This document shows positions 1 to 13,048 of a stretch of 64,000 nt of DNA, one piece after another; within the stretch, counting starts at the first letter, position 1, and each line of letters starts with the position of its first letter. Position numbers and translations under genes: made by a program. The stretch is from contig CM060731.1 of assembly GCA_030704615.1 (NCBI GenBank), positions 51,584,001 through 51,648,000 of the forward strand. The letters run 5' to 3'. Source of the stretch: Takakia lepidozioides (Eukaryota; Plantae; Bryophyta). The notes beneath the pieces are model-generated. The model worked only from the letters and a program-made list of their open reading frames with translations, did not search any database and had not been told where the DNA came from.

Positions 1-696
1 CATGAGCTTCTTGCGTGTCTCATTCATCGTAAACTTCATGGCTTCCGCCACTCCGTTGGACGATCTCATTCCCTCTGGGTTTTTCAAATAGTACTCTGTT
101 TTTCCTCTCTCTCCAGCTTCGGCTATTTCTTGCTGCAAAACCTAATCCGGAATGAGATCACTTATTACTGACAATCACAACAGACAATGCAAGGCCAGAG
201 CGATGGAATACTTACCGTGTACATGTACTCCATGAATGCTTCCCTCGTCAGCTTGTACCAGGTGTCTGACGTTTTGGATGTCAAGCATTTCTTGAAGGAC
301 TCCGCACTCAGGAAGCTCTTGAATGAATTGAGGGGCATCTAACCGATATTCTAGATCTTGAATAGTGTTTGAAGCAGGTTCGTTGTCACATGGGCGGTTT
401 CAGTTCCCCCTATTACATACAGTGGTATGTCATCAGTCAGTGCTAAAAGCGAACAGACAGACATGGGAAAAAGTCAGACAATAAAGGGTGAAGAAGACAC
501 TTACTTGTTAACGTCATGCATTGTCGTCAATAGTGCAGTGATGTTTCCCTTGGGATCCAGCACCATTGAGGCCACAGAGTAGTGTCACTCCTCCTCGGTG
601 CTATGATATCTCTCGATCATGTTCCTCCAGGCAAGCAATCGGTGGTTGCCATCCCAGACATGAAACATCTTGCCTGAGAAAGGCTGGGTGACGAGC
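1..696 (-). pseudogene. Intron-containing ParB/Sulfiredoxin-like (DGNHR) gene, decayed; runs off the left edge
   Basis: Minus-strand exons ~696-505, ~409-216 and 141-1 have AG/GTAAG boundaries. They translate to KMFHVWDGNHRLLAWRNMIERYHSTEEE*HYSVASMVLDPKGNITALLTTMHDVNK / TETAHVTTNLLQTLFKI*NIG*MPL...EYMYT / VLQQEIAEAG... The DGxHR motif matches ParB-N/Srx, and in-frame stops indicate a pseudogene. Confidence 0.6.
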
Positions 697-770
697 CTGT
701 AGATGCATATATTGGTACATTTTTCTTTTCAGATCGTTTTTTATCATAAAACAAACGGTTTCAGCATTGT

Positions 771-1494
771 TGTCGCACACCTCAATTCGGTAAACTCCCC
801 TTCAAGTCATAGTTACTCGCTTTGATGCGCGCGCCTGACTCCCAACCTGGCCGCCGGGCCAACTTGGAGTTTCGGCTGCTCACCGGGACATAACGGTCCC
901 CTTCCGCTTCCCTCTAAACCCTCCACCTATTTGGGACTAGGAGAATTCCCTTTGGTAGATGGCAGTCCGGAACAACTCCCCACTCTTTGGTCGCTTTCCG
1001 GCTCGCTCGCTTACTCACTAGTTTTTGGTCACCAACGGGCTTGCACCGTTCTCGGGGTTACTACTCCCTATATATACTTCTGTAGCTGTCCGCGGGGGTT
1101 TCATAACCAGCCATGCCATTTTATGGCGAACCACCACGAAAACCCTCGACTCCCGGGGGTGAGTCGCGGTGAGTCTTGGCCCACTCACCGCGGCCCCAAT
1201 GGACCGTGATGAGTCCCAAGACTCCCCACGACTCCCACCTCGAGGTCTCCACCCCATGGTGAGTCCTATGCCACCCCCACTAAGTCCCACTAAGCTACCA
1301 CCACCCCTTGTGGAGCCACCTCCACCGCAACCCGGTGTGCGGGGCTCCACCTAGTGAGCGCCTCCGCCTCCTTGAGTGCCTTGGGCACTCAAGGGTGCTT
1401 CAGCCCCCCATACCTATCGCTGCCGCTGCCCCCACCACAGGGGCAGCCCCTCATGTGTCCCGACCCCCTGCCCTCAAGGCAAAGGGCCGCGACA
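771..1494 (-). repeat. 3' LTR of chromovirus
   Basis: Near-identical to 7019-7742 (only two substitutions noticed); TG...CA ends. Confidence 0.96.
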
Positions 1495-1508
1495 CACACC
1501 CCTACCAA
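1495..1508 (-). other. Polypurine-tract-like plus-strand primer site
   Basis: Minus strand reads TTGGTAGGGGTGTG directly before the 3' LTR. Confidence 0.6.
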
Positions 1509-2400
1509 CAGGGAGTCGATGTCCTCATCGACTTGTCCATTTTGTAGAAACGAACATCCAAGTTGTGGCGTCCCACATCAAGGAGTTTGTTTCCGTACCA
1601 TGGCGTCCCATGGCAAAGAACCAAACCCCACACTTGACTCCACTCTCCACTAGCTAGTTCGGCCGACTTCCTCCAAGTCCCGGCCAAGGGTGGAGCCTCT
1701 CCAGCTCCTCCCAGTGCACTCTTCTTGGCCTACTTCAAGGCCAAGGAACGATCCTCCCCGAGGATCGAATCGCCTTACTGCAACAACATTGCTTGCGATC
1801 GCTCATGATGCCGCTTTTGGCATCACCTTGAGCAAGGGTTCACCTGGAACCCTCTTTGACTAGGAAGATAACCTTGAACCAACCGTGCGCCCCAATCACT
1901 ACAATTGGGTCCGCCTTGGAATGCTGGCCTGAGGTACGGGAACACGCCGAAGCCGCACTACGACTTCGTCCCGAGGCTACACGATTATAGTACGTGAACG
2001 GAAGCACGTAGCTTCCGCGTTAGCCCGCACTACAAGGCAACCCCCTCGGTAGCGCAGTTATAGTACGCGCACGCGCCAGGTGCGCACTAGCACTTGAACT
2101 CCCAAATAAGGCGCAAGTTTCCTTGCCCCTTGGATGGGAGTCACCCGATTTCGGCACTGCGCAAACACACGATTAACCCAATTTACCTCTCCCACTTTTG
2201 TAAGCTAGCATGCATTCTACACACCAGCCAACCACACCATGCATCACCATTCCAAACACAATAGGACGCACAATATTTGGAACCCATTTCCTTTATCACA
2301 AATTTTTGTACAATACAAGTTTTTGCAATCGGATTCCTGAGCTAGCTAAACCGGGCTAAGCATGCATTTCCTCCCCCACGCTCCAAGGTTGATGTCCCCA

Positions 2401-5400
2401 TCAACGCTTCTTCCGCTTTTGAGGTCGCCCTTCGAACGCTGCAACTGCCTCGGATGCGTTTCCCATTTCTGAGGCACGCACCCAAGATGCCTCCACAAGA
2501 TGATAGCCCTTCCATTTGACGAGATACTCCGTTTCTCGGTTCTTGAACCTCCTCGACTTAAGTATTGCCTCCACCTCGTACTCGGGTTCATTTTCATGAT
2601 CCAACAGCATAGGTGGCGGACGCAACACTTGCTGCCGATTCGGACGTGCTTCATCTTTGAAGTAAGGCTTCAAAAGGGAGACATGGAATACTGGGTGCAC
2701 CTTGCTGTTTGCTGGCAGCTCCAATTCATACACATCCTCATTCATAACCCTCCGAATGCGAAAGGGACCCGCATACGGAGGTACGAACTTCGGACTCATT
2801 TCCGGAGGTAGTCGAAAATTCTTGATGTTCAACCAGACCTCTGTGCCTGCCTCAAACTTCACTTCCCTCCGCTTCCGATTCGCCTGCCTTTCATACCGTT
2901 TCCTAGCTTTGGCAATGTTGTACTTTGCGAGCTTCAACAAACGCTCGCGTTCTTCCAGTACCGCCGCTACTGCCGGTTCCTCAACGTCCTGGGCGGCCCA
3001 ACTTGTCGGCACCAGAGGTGCTTTTCCATAGACCAACACAAAAGGGGAAACTCCCGTCGCGGAGTGTTCTGTGTTATTATAACAGAACTCTGCCGCGTCT
3101 AAGTGTTCCATCCAGTCTGATTGGTCTGCCGACACGTAATTCCGCAAGAATTGCTTCACTACGGAATTCACTCTTTCCGTTTGGCCGTCCGTCGTAGGTC
3201 GGAAGGCGGTGCTCATCTTCAGCCTCGTCCCCATCTTCTTCCAAAGTGCTCTCCAGAATTTACTCGTAAACTTTGGGTCGCGGTCCGAGACAATATCCTT
3301 CGGGACTCCATGATGCTTTAAGACGTGGGCGAAGTAAAGTCGCCCTGTCTCCTGCGCAGTTGCCGTCTCCTTGGTGGGGATGAAATGGGCCATTTTACTG
3401 AACCTATCTACCACCACCATGATTGCATCGAATCCTTTTGACAGCGGCATAGCAGTCATGAAATCCATCGAGACGCTTTCCCAAGTCCCCTCTGGAATCG
3501 GCAAGGGTTGTAACAGCCCCGCTTGCTTTTTATACTCGCTCCGGTTTTGTTGGCATGTGGTGCATGTCTTTACATACTCCTCTGCCTCCTCCCTCAGTTT
3601 GGGCCAGAAATACTCTTTCTTCAAGAGTGCCGCAGTGCGCTTGGCTCCACCGTGGCCCGCAAGCGGGCTATCATGGCATTCTCTCAAGAGACTATCCCTG
3701 ATCCCTCCCTTTGGCACATAGAGACGTTTTTGCTTATACCGGAGCAGTCCGTTTTGCAAGTGGAACTGCGATTTAACCCCCATTCTCAAGTTCTGCATCA
3801 CGCACTTTGCCAGCTCATCCTTCCGGCAAGCCTTCCGGATCTTCCTTTGGAGCGCCGTCTCGCCCTTGTACACCAACAAGAGCTGCTGCTTTCTACTTAA
3901 AGCATCGGCCACCACATTGTCCCGTCCCGGTTTGTACTGGATATCCACGTCGAACACTGCCAAAGTATCTTGCCACCTAAGTTGTTTTGGGGACAACTTG
4001 GGCTGCGTGGCAAAATACTTCACCGTGACATTGTCCGTGAACACCTTCACTGGGTTGGAACCAACATAGTGGCGCCAGAGTTCAAGGCAATGTACCACCG
4101 CCTTCATCTCTTTTTCGTGCGTCGGCCACCGTCGCTCCACTTCATTCAGTTTCTTACTTTCGTAAGCCACTGGACGTCCATCTTGCATAAGTACACCCCC
4201 AATTGCGAAGTCCGATGCATCTGTATGAATCTCAAACGGACGATCGAACTCCGGGATTTTTAAGACTGGAGCTTCCGTCATCCGCTGCTTCAATTCAGCA
4301 AAAGCTTGGCCACAAAATGTGTTCCATACCCAGACTTTGGATTTACACAGAAGGTCCGACAGCGGCCCCGCGATCTTGGCGAAATTTCTCACATACTTCC
4401 GGTAATAGGAGGCGAGTCCTAGGAAGGATCGCACTCCCGAGACCGAAGTCGGAGGCTCCCAGTCCAAGATCGCCCTCACCTTTCTGTCATCCATTTTGAT
4501 CCCATCCTGTGTAATCACGTGCCCCAAGAACTCCACTTTTGTGACCCCGAATTCGCACTTTGAAGCTTTGGCATACAGCTTCCCTTCTCGCAATTTTTGG
4601 AACACCCTTTTGAGGTGCTCCAGGTGCTCCTCCTTTGTTTTCGAGTACACCAAGATGTCGTCGATGTACACGATCACAAAGTCATCCAACCACTCCTGGA
4701 AAAGGCTGTTCATCAGCGTGCTAAATGTCGCTGGTGCATTGGTGAGCCCAAAAGGCATCACCAAGAACTCATATGAACCATACCTTGTCCTGCACGCGGT
4801 CTTCTCCTCATCTCCTTCCGCCACCCGAATTTGGTGATAGCCGGAGCGCAAGTCGATCCGGCTGAAATACTTCGCTCCTGCCAACCGATCGAAGAGGTCG
4901 TCGATCCTTGGCAAAGGGTACCGGTTTTTGATAGTCACCTTATTCAGAGCCCTGTAATCGACACACATCCGCAGCGTCCCATCCTTCTTGTCTGCAAATA
5001 GCACCGGGGCTCCGTAAGGTGACTTACTCGGCCGGATGTACCCCTTTGACATTAGATCTTTGAGCTGAGTCTTCAGCTCGACCAACTCTTTGTGGCTCAA
5101 CCGGTAGGGCGCCTTGGCAGGCGGTTCCGATCCCGGTATCACCTCAATTTTGTGGTCAACTCCTCTTCGCGGTGGCAAGCCGCTTGGTAAATCCTCCGGC
5201 ATCACATCCTGGTATTTCTCCAAAATCCCCTTGATCCAATCTGGGCTCGGCTCCCCATCGCCTTCTCCTTTCACTTCTCTAATGTAAAGCAAAAACTGGG
5301 ACTCGTGTGTCTCCTCCACGGCCCACTCCTTTGCTGATAGAAGGTTTATTCGCCCTCCCACGGATTTGGGCGTTTCCGACACTCGTAAAACCTCGCCACC

Positions 5401-6963
5401 ATTCCCACATGGCAGCGTGACTACTCTCTTGCGGCCATCTATGACCGCTCCGGATTTGCTCAAAAAGGTCATTCCCAAAATGAGATCCACTCCATCGATC
5501 TCGCAGATAGTGAAGTTCTCACGTCCCTCCCAACTCCCCAGTTGAAGAGGAACATCAAACGCCAACCTTGTCGCCAACTGAGGTTCTCCTTTGGCAGAGC
5601 GCACCTCAATAGAGGCCCCCACGTCACTTGTCGGGAGTCCCAACTTTCGCGCCGCCGCCGGCGTCATGAAGGAATGCGACGCTCCTATGTCCACCAACAA
5701 CGACACATTAGTTCCGGATATTATCCCATCCACGAACAATAACTGACTCCCTTTTCGTAAGGCGCCAGTTTCCTGATATAACTCACAAGAAAATTTGCCT
5801 ACCTTGCAAGTCCTGGCGACCACCGCTCCCACCAAGCGACTGATGGTATCTTCCGACAGCTCTGTGGTCGCCCGAATCATGTTCAATTGCCGGGGCTTCG
5901 TGCACTTCTTGGCCATGTGCCCGGGCTCCCCGCAATTGAAACACACTCCATCAAAGGTCGCCTTCTGTCCGCCATAAGTCGCTCCACCCGCTTTTCCTTT
6001 CGAAGCACCGGGTGCCGCCTTGACGTGTGAAGGACCTCCCTTCGATTTCCACGTGCCATTTTCACCGCGTGGCCTATCCCACTTCTTTTCCGGTCGGGAG
6101 GAGTCACCTTCCCGCCGGGTCTTCTTGTGGTTCAGCTCCGTATGGCCTTGTCTCTCACCCCTAGGGACATCCGAGAAACATTCAGCTCTCTCAATTGCCT
6201 CGTTCAAAGTCTTGGGTGGCTTCTCCTCCAACTTCCGCCTAGCCCATGGGGCCAGTCCCGCCACAAAGTTGAAGACCATTTCTGGTTCTGCCATGTCCGC
6301 GACTTCGAGCAACAGCACATTGAAAGCCTGGACATACCCCCGAATGTCATCTGTTTGCTTCAAATTCCTTATCTTGTCCCGGGCAAGCCAGGATGCGTTG
6401 AGGGGCACAAACTGTCTCTTCATCAATTCCTTGAACTCACTCCAGTTCAAGGTTTCCGGGCTTGGGCCTCGGTCGTGAAGGCGTTTCTGCCACCATTGTT
6501 GAGCATAGCCCCTCAAATAGGTGGGAGCCACTTCCACCCGATCCTCGTCACTCAACTTGGCCGCCCGGAAGTACTGCTCTAGCTCCAGGAGCCAGGTGTT
6601 GAGTGCCTTCCGGTTTCGAACGCCCTCGAAGGTGCCGGGTTCCTTAGGCTTCACCTTAAACTTTGCCTTGGTGGAAGTGGCATTAGCCGCCTTCAACACG
6701 TCTTTCAACGTCCCGCCAAACTGCGCCAACAACCCTTCCCAAAAGGCTGCCGGCATGGGAGGCATCTCTTGGTTTGTCGGAGCTCTCAAAGATTCCTCGG
6801 GCTCCGACTCCTCGGATTCCTCCCGCTCCTGAGCGGCCTCGTTTTCGGAAACATTAATCGCTTCCTCAAACGGCCGCCTCGGTGACACGTCGCCCCCATC
6901 GGGCTCACCGGGATCATCATCTTTTGGGCCGTTCCGCTTTCGCTTCGGCTTGCCCGACCCCAT
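2401..6963 (-). CDS. Gag-Pol polyprotein (Gag, CCHC knuckle, protease, RT, RNase H, integrase, chromodomain)
   Basis: Uninterrupted ORF, with a likely ATG at 6963 (MGSGKPK). Motifs: [14 protein letters not shown] knuckle; LVDIGAS protease; YIDD RT; TDAS RNase H; HHCC and D-D-E integrase; GPF; C-terminal [20 protein letters not shown] chromodomain. Confidence 0.95.
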   Translation of the reverse strand: MGSGKPKRKRNGPKDDDPGEPDGGDVSPRRPFEEAINVSENEAAQEREESEESEPEESLRAPTNQEMPPMPAAFWEGLLAQFGGTLKDVLKAANATSTKAKFKVKPKEPGTFEGVRNRKALNTWLLELEQYFRAAKLSDEDRVEVAPTYLRGYAQQWWQKRLHDRGPSPETLNWSEFKELMKRQFVPLNASWLARDKIRNLKQTDDIRGYVQAFNVLLLEVADMAEPEMVFNFVAGLAPWARRKLEEKPPKTLNEAIERAECFSDVPRGERQGHTELNHKKTRREGDSSRPEKKWDRPRGENGTWKSKGGPSHVKAAPGASKGKAGGATYGGQKATFDGVCFNCGEPGHMAKKCTKPRQLNMIRATTELSEDTISRLVGAVVARTCKVGKFSCELYQETGALRKGSQLLFVDGIISGTNVSLLVDIGASHSFMTPAAARKLGLPTSDVGASIEVRSAKGEPQLATRLAFDVPLQLGSWEGRENFTICEIDGVDLILGMTFLSKSGAVIDGRKRVVTLPCGNGGEVLRVSETPKSVGGRINLLSAKEWAVEETHESQFLLYIREVKGEGDGEPSPDWIKGILEKYQDVMPEDLPSGLPPRRGVDHKIEVIPGSEPPAKAPYRLSHKELVELKTQLKDLMSKGYIRPSKSPYGAPVLFADKKDGTLRMCVDYRALNKVTIKNRYPLPRIDDLFDRLAGAKYFSRIDLRSGYHQIRVAEGDEEKTACRTRYGSYEFLVMPFGLTNAPATFSTLMNSLFQEWLDDFVIVYIDDILVYSKTKEEHLEHLKRVFQKLREGKLYAKASKCEFGVTKVEFLGHVITQDGIKMDDRKVRAILDWEPPTSVSGVRSFLGLASYYRKYVRNFAKIAGPLSDLLCKSKVWVWNTFCGQAFAELKQRMTEAPVLKIPEFDRPFEIHTDASDFAIGGVLMQDGRPVAYESKKLNEVERRWPTHEKEMKAVVHCLELWRHYVGSNPVKVFTDNVTVKYFATQPKLSPKQLRWQDTLAVFDVDIQYKPGRDNVVADALSRKQQLLLVYKGETALQRKIRKACRKDELAKCVMQNLRMGVKSQFHLQNGLLRYKQKRLYVPKGGIRDSLLRECHDSPLAGHGGAKRTAALLKKEYFWPKLREEAEEYVKTCTTCQQNRSEYKKQAGLLQPLPIPEGTWESVSMDFMTAMPLSKGFDAIMVVVDRFSKMAHFIPTKETATAQETGRLYFAHVLKHHGVPKDIVSDRDPKFTSKFWRALWKKMGTRLKMSTAFRPTTDGQTERVNSVVKQFLRNYVSADQSDWMEHLDAAEFCYNNTEHSATGVSPFVLVYGKAPLVPTSWAAQDVEEPAVAAVLEERERLLKLAKYNIAKARKRYERQANRKRREVKFEAGTEVWLNIKNFRLPPEMSPKFVPPYAGPFRIRRVMNEDVYELELPANSKVHPVFHVSLLKPYFKDEARPNRQQVLRPPPMLLDHENEPEYEVEAILKSRRFKNRETEYLVKWKGYHLVEASWVRASEMGNASEAVAAFEGRPQKRKKR

Positions 6964-7004
6964 GATGAGGCCAATCCCAAGGACGATCGCGTACTGAACT
7001 CTAA

Positions 7005-7016
7005 GCTCTGATACCA
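7005..7016 (-). other. Primer binding site for tRNA-iMet
   Basis: Minus strand TGGTATCAGAGC, 2 nt inside the 5' LTR. Confidence 0.93.
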
Positions 7017-7018
7017 AG

Positions 7019-7742
7019 TGTCGCACACCTCAATTCGGTAAACTCCCCTTCAAGTCATAGTTACTCGCTTTGATGCGCGCGCCTGACTCCCAACCTGGCC
7101 GCCGGGCCAACTTGGAGTTTCGGCTGCTCACCGGGACATAACGGTCCCCTTCCGCTTCCCTCTAAACCCTCCACCTATTTGGGACTAGGAGAATTCCCTT
7201 TGGTAGATGGCAGTCCGGAACAACTCCCCACTCTTTGGTCGCTTTCCGGCTCGCTCGCTTACTCACTAGTTTTTGGTCACCAACGGGCTTGCACCGTTCT
7301 CGGGGTTACTACTCCCTATATATACTTCTGTAGCTGTCCGCGGGGGTTTCATAACCAGCCATGCCATTTTATGGCGAACCACCACGAAAACCCTCGACTC
7401 CCGGTGGTGAGTCGCGGTGAGTCTTGGCCCACTCACCGCGGCCCCAATGGACCGTGATGAGTCCCAAGACTCCCCACGACTCCCACCTCGAGGTCTCCAC
7501 CCCATGGTGAGTCCTATGCCACCCCCACTAAGTCCCACTAAGCTACCACCACCCCTTGTGGAGCCACCTCCACCGCAACCCGGTGTGCGGGGCTCCACCT
7601 AGTGAGCGCCTCCGCCTCCTTGAGTGCCTTGGGCACTCAAGGGTGCTTCAGCCCCCCATACCTATCACTGCCGCTGCCCCCACCACAGGGGCAGCCCCTC
7701 ATGTGTCCCGACCCCCTGCCCTCAAGGCAAAGGGCCGCGACA
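7019..7742 (-). repeat. 5' LTR of chromovirus
   Basis: Copy of 771-1494, adjacent to the PBS. Confidence 0.96.
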
Positions 7743-8418
7743 ATTGTACTGCCAAAACAGGTAGAAATCGTTGATAAAGCACGTAGGAAATTAGACAGTG
7801 TCTGTGACGACCATGGAGTGGAACTCTGGCATCAAGATGACCGTAGGAAGCTGCATCGACAACAGATTAGGCTGCCAATTCGGTACCAGAAACGGTGAGT
7901 TAATCATGTTCAAACAATACAGAACGACTGTTTCAGTCCCAGATTGCGATCTCTCTTTTCTCCCGCCTTTCAAGTCCAGTAGGAACACACAACAAAGAGC
8001 TTGGCAATTGGTGGAAGCGACATGTATAGCGATGAAATATCGCAACAAAGCAATTGGCCGCATCGGAATGACAGCAGGTCAAGACGACTTCAAACGGCGA
8101 AGCGTGGACTTGTTAGCGGTGCGGGACAACTGGAGGGGACTCCAGACAACCTACGACTCAGTGGCAGGGTCAAAGACCCCAAAGCCATCACCAGGGATTT
8201 GATTTCCAAAAATACCACAAAATATGTGTAGCGAAAATACGACGAATGGCGAGAAGCGCAACTTTTTACCACCGATGGAGCTGAGAATTTACAGGCTGAT
8301 ACAAGGTATATAATTGTAGTTTGTCACCAAGTTTGGTGATTTATGGAGCTGATTAGCAGCAGGGCCAAATTATTGAGTTGACGGCACTGACCAGGCTTAT
8401 TATTTGCATTTCTACTTC

Positions 8419-8548
8419 TTGGATGGATGAAAAATCCTGGAATTCGCCTTGAGGAGCTGGATGGATGAAATAACAACTCGTGCCAACTGGTCATCCAATT
8501 GGATGGATGAAAAGTCAGCTTTCATTTGCCTCCTAGACTTTTCATCCA
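8419..8548. repeat. Cluster of TGGATGGATGAAA motifs, possibly DNA-transposon subterminal repeats
   Basis: Three direct copies (~8420, 8458, 8500) plus inverted TCATCCA copies. Confidence 0.5.
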
Positions 8549-8549
8549 T

Positions 8550-9990
8550 GTGAAATAGTATATTATAGATCCTCCAAGGAACAATAGTTTAATGAATATT
8601 TTCCCTTAAACTATTAGGCACAACAACAGTATAAAAGAGGGGACAAGGCTTCTCTTGTTCTTCATCTAGCTCATTTGCTTAGTTTCCTCTTGCTTGTTGT
8701 TGTAGTGCTTGCTAGTTTTTGGCTTGCGGAGGGGCTAGATCCTAGGGAGTGGAGTTTGAAGCTCCGTAGTTAGGTAGGATTCTTGTAAGCTAAGGCAAGT
8801 GGCCTAGCTTTTGGGCCTTTGAGCCATTTTCATTTGTGAAGGAAGAGGGCAATTTCATGTGGAGGAAAGTGACTTGAGGACGAGTATGAGGGGCTGGTAT
8901 GAACTTATGGACGAGAGCCCATGTGGAGGCCGCATAGATACCATTACTTGAGTCGATAAAGCATCCCAAGCACTCTCGCATAGAAAGGTTAATCTCATCT
9001 TACCATTTCACCATTTGTGTATGTGATTCATTTATTTTCCAAGCAAAGCTTGAAGTTGAAAATCTGATTTAGACTCTTCAAAAGAGGAGAGTGCATTGTG
9101 GAGTCCCATTATTTCATGTCTAGAAGTGACAAGGGGAAGACCCCTGTAGTCTATTGGGAAGGGCACCAATAGATGCTTGTATTTGAATTGTTGGAAGAGA
9201 GAATCTTTGTGTTTGATTACTAATTTGAAATATAGCCAGCTCTGGCCAAGGCAGGCCAGTAGGCTGGATCTATGATATAATGCCACTATAAGGCCCCTAT
9301 GTGCTAATTTTTTCCCCCCCACTAGCAAGCCATGGAGGCCTAGGAAAGGGTGGGTTGTATTTTTTGTCTTGGGGTTTGGGCGGGCTAATTTCGCTTGACA
9401 ACAGCTGCCCCAAAGTCGCGAGCAACCTGGGAGGAGCCCGGGTGCTGCGCCTAGAGAGTAGGGACTCGATTATTAAAAGCGTGGAGGCAGTCGTGGCCCA
9501 GCCACGACGTACGGGAGTGGGGCCCCAGCGCTGACCTTAAGGCGTACTGAGATCGAGTACATCAGCCGCGTGGCTCAGGCGTGAGGCCCTGAAGCGTGCG
9601 AGCAGGGTGTGGGTCTTTACCCACTGGATAACCAAAAGTTGAGACGGACCGGCGGACGCTGGCGTAAACCGCAGTGGTCCACGGTTTGGACCGCTACGTG
9701 CGGATCTGCGCCCCGCCACGTGGCAGGGGCATTTTACCCAGCGGGCGATGCGTCTGCAAATTCCCTTAAAGGAGAGTATTCTTACCTTTAGCTATTAGAT
9801 TCAATTTATACCCCTCTAAGGGTTAGGAGCCATTATCTAAGGCGCCAGTGGTAGATAAAATCTAGGATTTTGGGAGGACGTAACCTTGGAGGGGAGCGTT
9901 CTTAGGACTCTAAGAGAGAGCCAAGCGGGCCTAGGAGCAGTGAGCTAGAGGCAAGGAGAGAAACTACACTGTCCTAAAAACTCGGCTACA
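8550..9990. mobile_element. Probable LTR-like or other non-coding TE fragment
   Basis: No credible ORF. It has a TATA-like TATAAAAG at ~8630 followed by a pyrimidine tract, and a PBS-like TGTCAGAGC at ~10002. No partner LTR or TSD was found. Confidence 0.3.
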
Positions 9991-10139
9991 GTGAGCCTTT
10001 GTGTCAGAGCCCAAGGTAGAGGATGATTTTTTCCACAGAGGAAAGCGCACCAGCACCTTAAAACAATGTAAAGGGGATGAAATCTGGCTTGGACCCACCA
10101 GTGGTTATTTTATTATTTACGCGTGCATGTTTTGGACTA

Positions 10140-12892
10140 ACAAATGTAGTGGCAGGGATGAGCTCTCAGCGAGATTCATTCATCCAATAGAGCCGCGACA
10201 GTTCCCCGTGGCAGGGAACGGTTCTCGGGTGTTCAAAATGTCCACGTGTGGACCTGGCAGCGGCGTCGAACTGGTCGACAGGATAACGAGTGGGGACTTG
10301 TCAAACAGTTGGGTCATGTTCGACCATATCAAGCGAATTACAAATCACCAGTGGGTGACAATGGGTGCACATGTCTACGACACCCACTGCAGGATGCTAA
10401 TGACAATTGCTATTTGTGAGATGAAAGGAGATGACACACAATCGGAGATGCTTCTTTGGCAGGGAATAAACAAACAGATGGCCAAGGCGGGATTGCCCCC
10501 TCCAAATTTCCGTGGTTTCATGGCGGACAACGCACAAGCAAATTGGGCTGTCATCCGAAGGGTGTACGGGCAAGACCCCAATGTTCCCATGGAAGGCAAG
10601 GAGAGATCTTGTGGGTTCCATTTTCTGCAGAGCCTTTCGCAGTACACAACCAGGCTCGTGGCGCCAGATTTCAGAGAGGAGCACCGTTCCATGTGTCTTG
10701 CGTGGAAGCGCGCTCCCACCTTGGATGATGCAGAGACACAGTTTGCATGTATACGGGCTTGGTGGACATCGTCAGGTGCTGTAAGGAAATCAGACGAGGG
10801 AGCAATGGTCAGTTGGCTAGCATGGTGGCATTATTGTTTCCTCCAGTTCGGCGACTATATGCGGGAGGTGAGTTGCACGAATTCGCATCCCGTTGAATAT
10901 TATTCTTGGCATTATTTGTAACTTGCTTGTAACCTCAACATGTGCTTGTGCAGGAAATGTGTCTCGACTCCGACACCGACATGCCCACGACAAACATGGC
11001 CGAATCAGTGCATTCTTCCTGGCGTGCCTCCTCTGCGGCGCATCTGGTGGACATCCTCACTGCCACAACGGAGGACATTGTGAGGTCAAGCAATGCAGGT
11101 ACAACGAGTTCTTGAAAGGGAAATAGTGGGGCTTGGGGCCGGACAGGCAGGAAATGCTGATGCGGACTGCCTCCAGATCGAAGAATCCTCGGAAGTGGGC
11201 GGCGGCCTTGCGAGAGGGCCTTCGGGACACGCCATTGCTTTGAAGAGGCCAACATTTGGAAGGAGATGTTCATACCCGTCCAGTGAGACGAAGATTTGAC
11301 GAGGCACCTGGTGGGGAAGAGGATTCATGGCGAGCTGACAAGAATATTTGCACGCTCCCTCGTGGTCCCGTGATGTTGCCCGAGGAGGTCTTGTCGAGCA
11401 CCGCAAAGTCCTGCACGTTCAAGATCGCCATCTCCTTTGAGCACAGGGCACGTGCCCGAGGAACATAACGAGCCATCTGTAGTAACGCAGTATGGAGACA
11501 AGAGCCATTGGAGATCAATTCCTTCTAGGCCTTCACTGGATGACCGGAGTTGGTGCCACCATTAGCTAGCTGACTACTCCCTTCACTTTAACAATGGAGA
11601 AAGGCATGAAGTAGTGGTTCCCTTGAAAGCAATGAAGATCAAGGTTGGGTCTGCTACAGCCAATCTGTCCAGAGTCCAAGCCCTGGTAAAGGAGGTATAG
11701 CAGAACTCTCACTCCAACCTCAATTGGAATGATTTCTACAAGTTTCAGCCTGATCTTCAACTCTTATATCAGTGGCATGTTCCTGGTGCTAAGGAAAGAA
11801 CAAGGGTGCCCATAGCTATTCCAAAGAATTCTACTCTAATTCGTGCACCTCTCAACATCACCATCCCTGCCTTGACCCAAAGGGTGGTCAAGTCTAGTCT
11901 GGCTTTCTTGTGTCCTGCTGCTCATTTCCTAGAAATTGAGGGTTGGAGGAGATTGACTGCTCTTAAGCACTGCCTGGTGGCCACTGGTGTTCTTGATAGA
12001 GGATATAGACAGGAGGTTAAGATCCTGATTGCTAATCCTGAACGCTTCCCTGTGACGGAGTCACAGTGGAGAATTGCAAGGAAATTGCCGGCATTTCGAG
12101 GGAAGTGCTGCGCCATTCAGGTGGATACGAGAGCACGCTGTGGTGAGATGATTCGGAGGAACCCACACGGTGCTGTACCTGCACCTTGTTTCAGCGGCAG
12201 ATTTTTGACTCCCACATTTGCTCACGCAGACGTTTTGGTTCTGTAGGCACGACATAATGACCTATGTATTTGGCAAGCCCAAATACGGGATTCAGGGAAT
12301 GCCGGAGCCTCCAGGCGTCTGGCCTGTTGCACCGGGTTGCAGCCTCTCTCAAAATGAGGCGGATGCTCTATCTGCAGCATGATTTCGAATGGTGCAATGC
12401 ACAGACGTCCCGGCCCACGCATTTCCAGTTCCTCAGACCCAGCCATTGCAGACTGCTCGGTCCAGTAGAGACGGATTGGACAATTCTGCACATCCCACAA
12501 TGCGATTCGGAAGAATGAAGAGACGACACCCCCCCAACAAGTTGAATGAGACTCGGATTGCCAATGCCCTTGGGATGGCTTGCACTATTCAGAGCTCCGT
12601 GGACGTACCTCCACCCGGCCTTGGGCGTGTTTATCGGATGGCAATGGCCGGCTCGGCTGTACGCGACGATGTATACACAATTACGATTGGAGTGGAGCCG
12701 ACTTGCAATTGTACGGACTTCTCGTTGATGGAAGCAAAGAAGGGTTCAAAGTATTATCCGTGCAAACATCTATATTACATTTACCTGAAGAGGTTGAGGA
12801 TGAACGTGACTATTGATGACTTTATTCATGCACCGGCGTTGAGCGTGAACGAGCTGCACAAACTCCTCCTTAGGGATTCCAGAAATCATTGA
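10140..12892 (+). pseudogene. Mutator-like (MULE) DDE transposase with C-terminal SWIM zinc finger, decayed and interrupted
   Basis: Motifs WVMFDH (D1), FMADNA (D2), CGFH (CxxH), an intron at ~10868-10953, then TTNMAES (E). SWIM motif CNCTDF...PCKHLY at ~12704-12775. Frameshifts and stops present, with a foreign insert at ~11507-12040. Confidence 0.75.
11507..12040 (+). mobile_element. Retroelement pol fragment: protease C-terminus followed by a dUTPase-like domain
   Basis: FLLGLHWMTGVGATIS resembles the retropepsin LLGxxW end. Further on, LIRAPLNITIPALTQRVVKSSLAFLCPAAHFLEI...VATGVLDRGYRQEVKILIAN matches trimeric dUTPase motifs 1-3 (GVIDxDYRGEIxVxxxN). Confidence 0.6.
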
Positions 12893-13048
12893 TGGGGCAA
12901 AGGGAATCCTCCATATGGATATTTTCAATTGCATTTCCATGTATCAGACTCTTTTTTGCAGTGTAATGACATGCACCCCAAAACTCCTGGAATGAGGCAA
13001 TATTCCATTCAAACTGAGATCCAACAGAAGCAGTTGTGGGGCCATTTC

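Larger units (their letters stand above)
771..7742 (-). mobile_element. Full-length Ty3/Gypsy chromovirus LTR retrotransposon, recent insertion
   Basis: Two 724-bp LTRs with TGTCGC...GCGACA termini, a 5-bp TSD ATTGT (766-770 and 7743-7747), a tRNA-iMet PBS, a PPT, and a single gag-pol ORF ending in a chromodomain. Confidence 0.97.

Noticed and set aside
931-1657. Pro-rich ORFs in the LTR (duplicated at 7179-7774)
   Set aside because: These are GC-rich LTR sequence with non-ATG starts and no domain signal.
2500-6832. Plus-strand ORFs overlapping gag-pol
   Set aside because: Antisense shadows of the real ORF. The same applies to plus-strand ORFs over the PPR genes.
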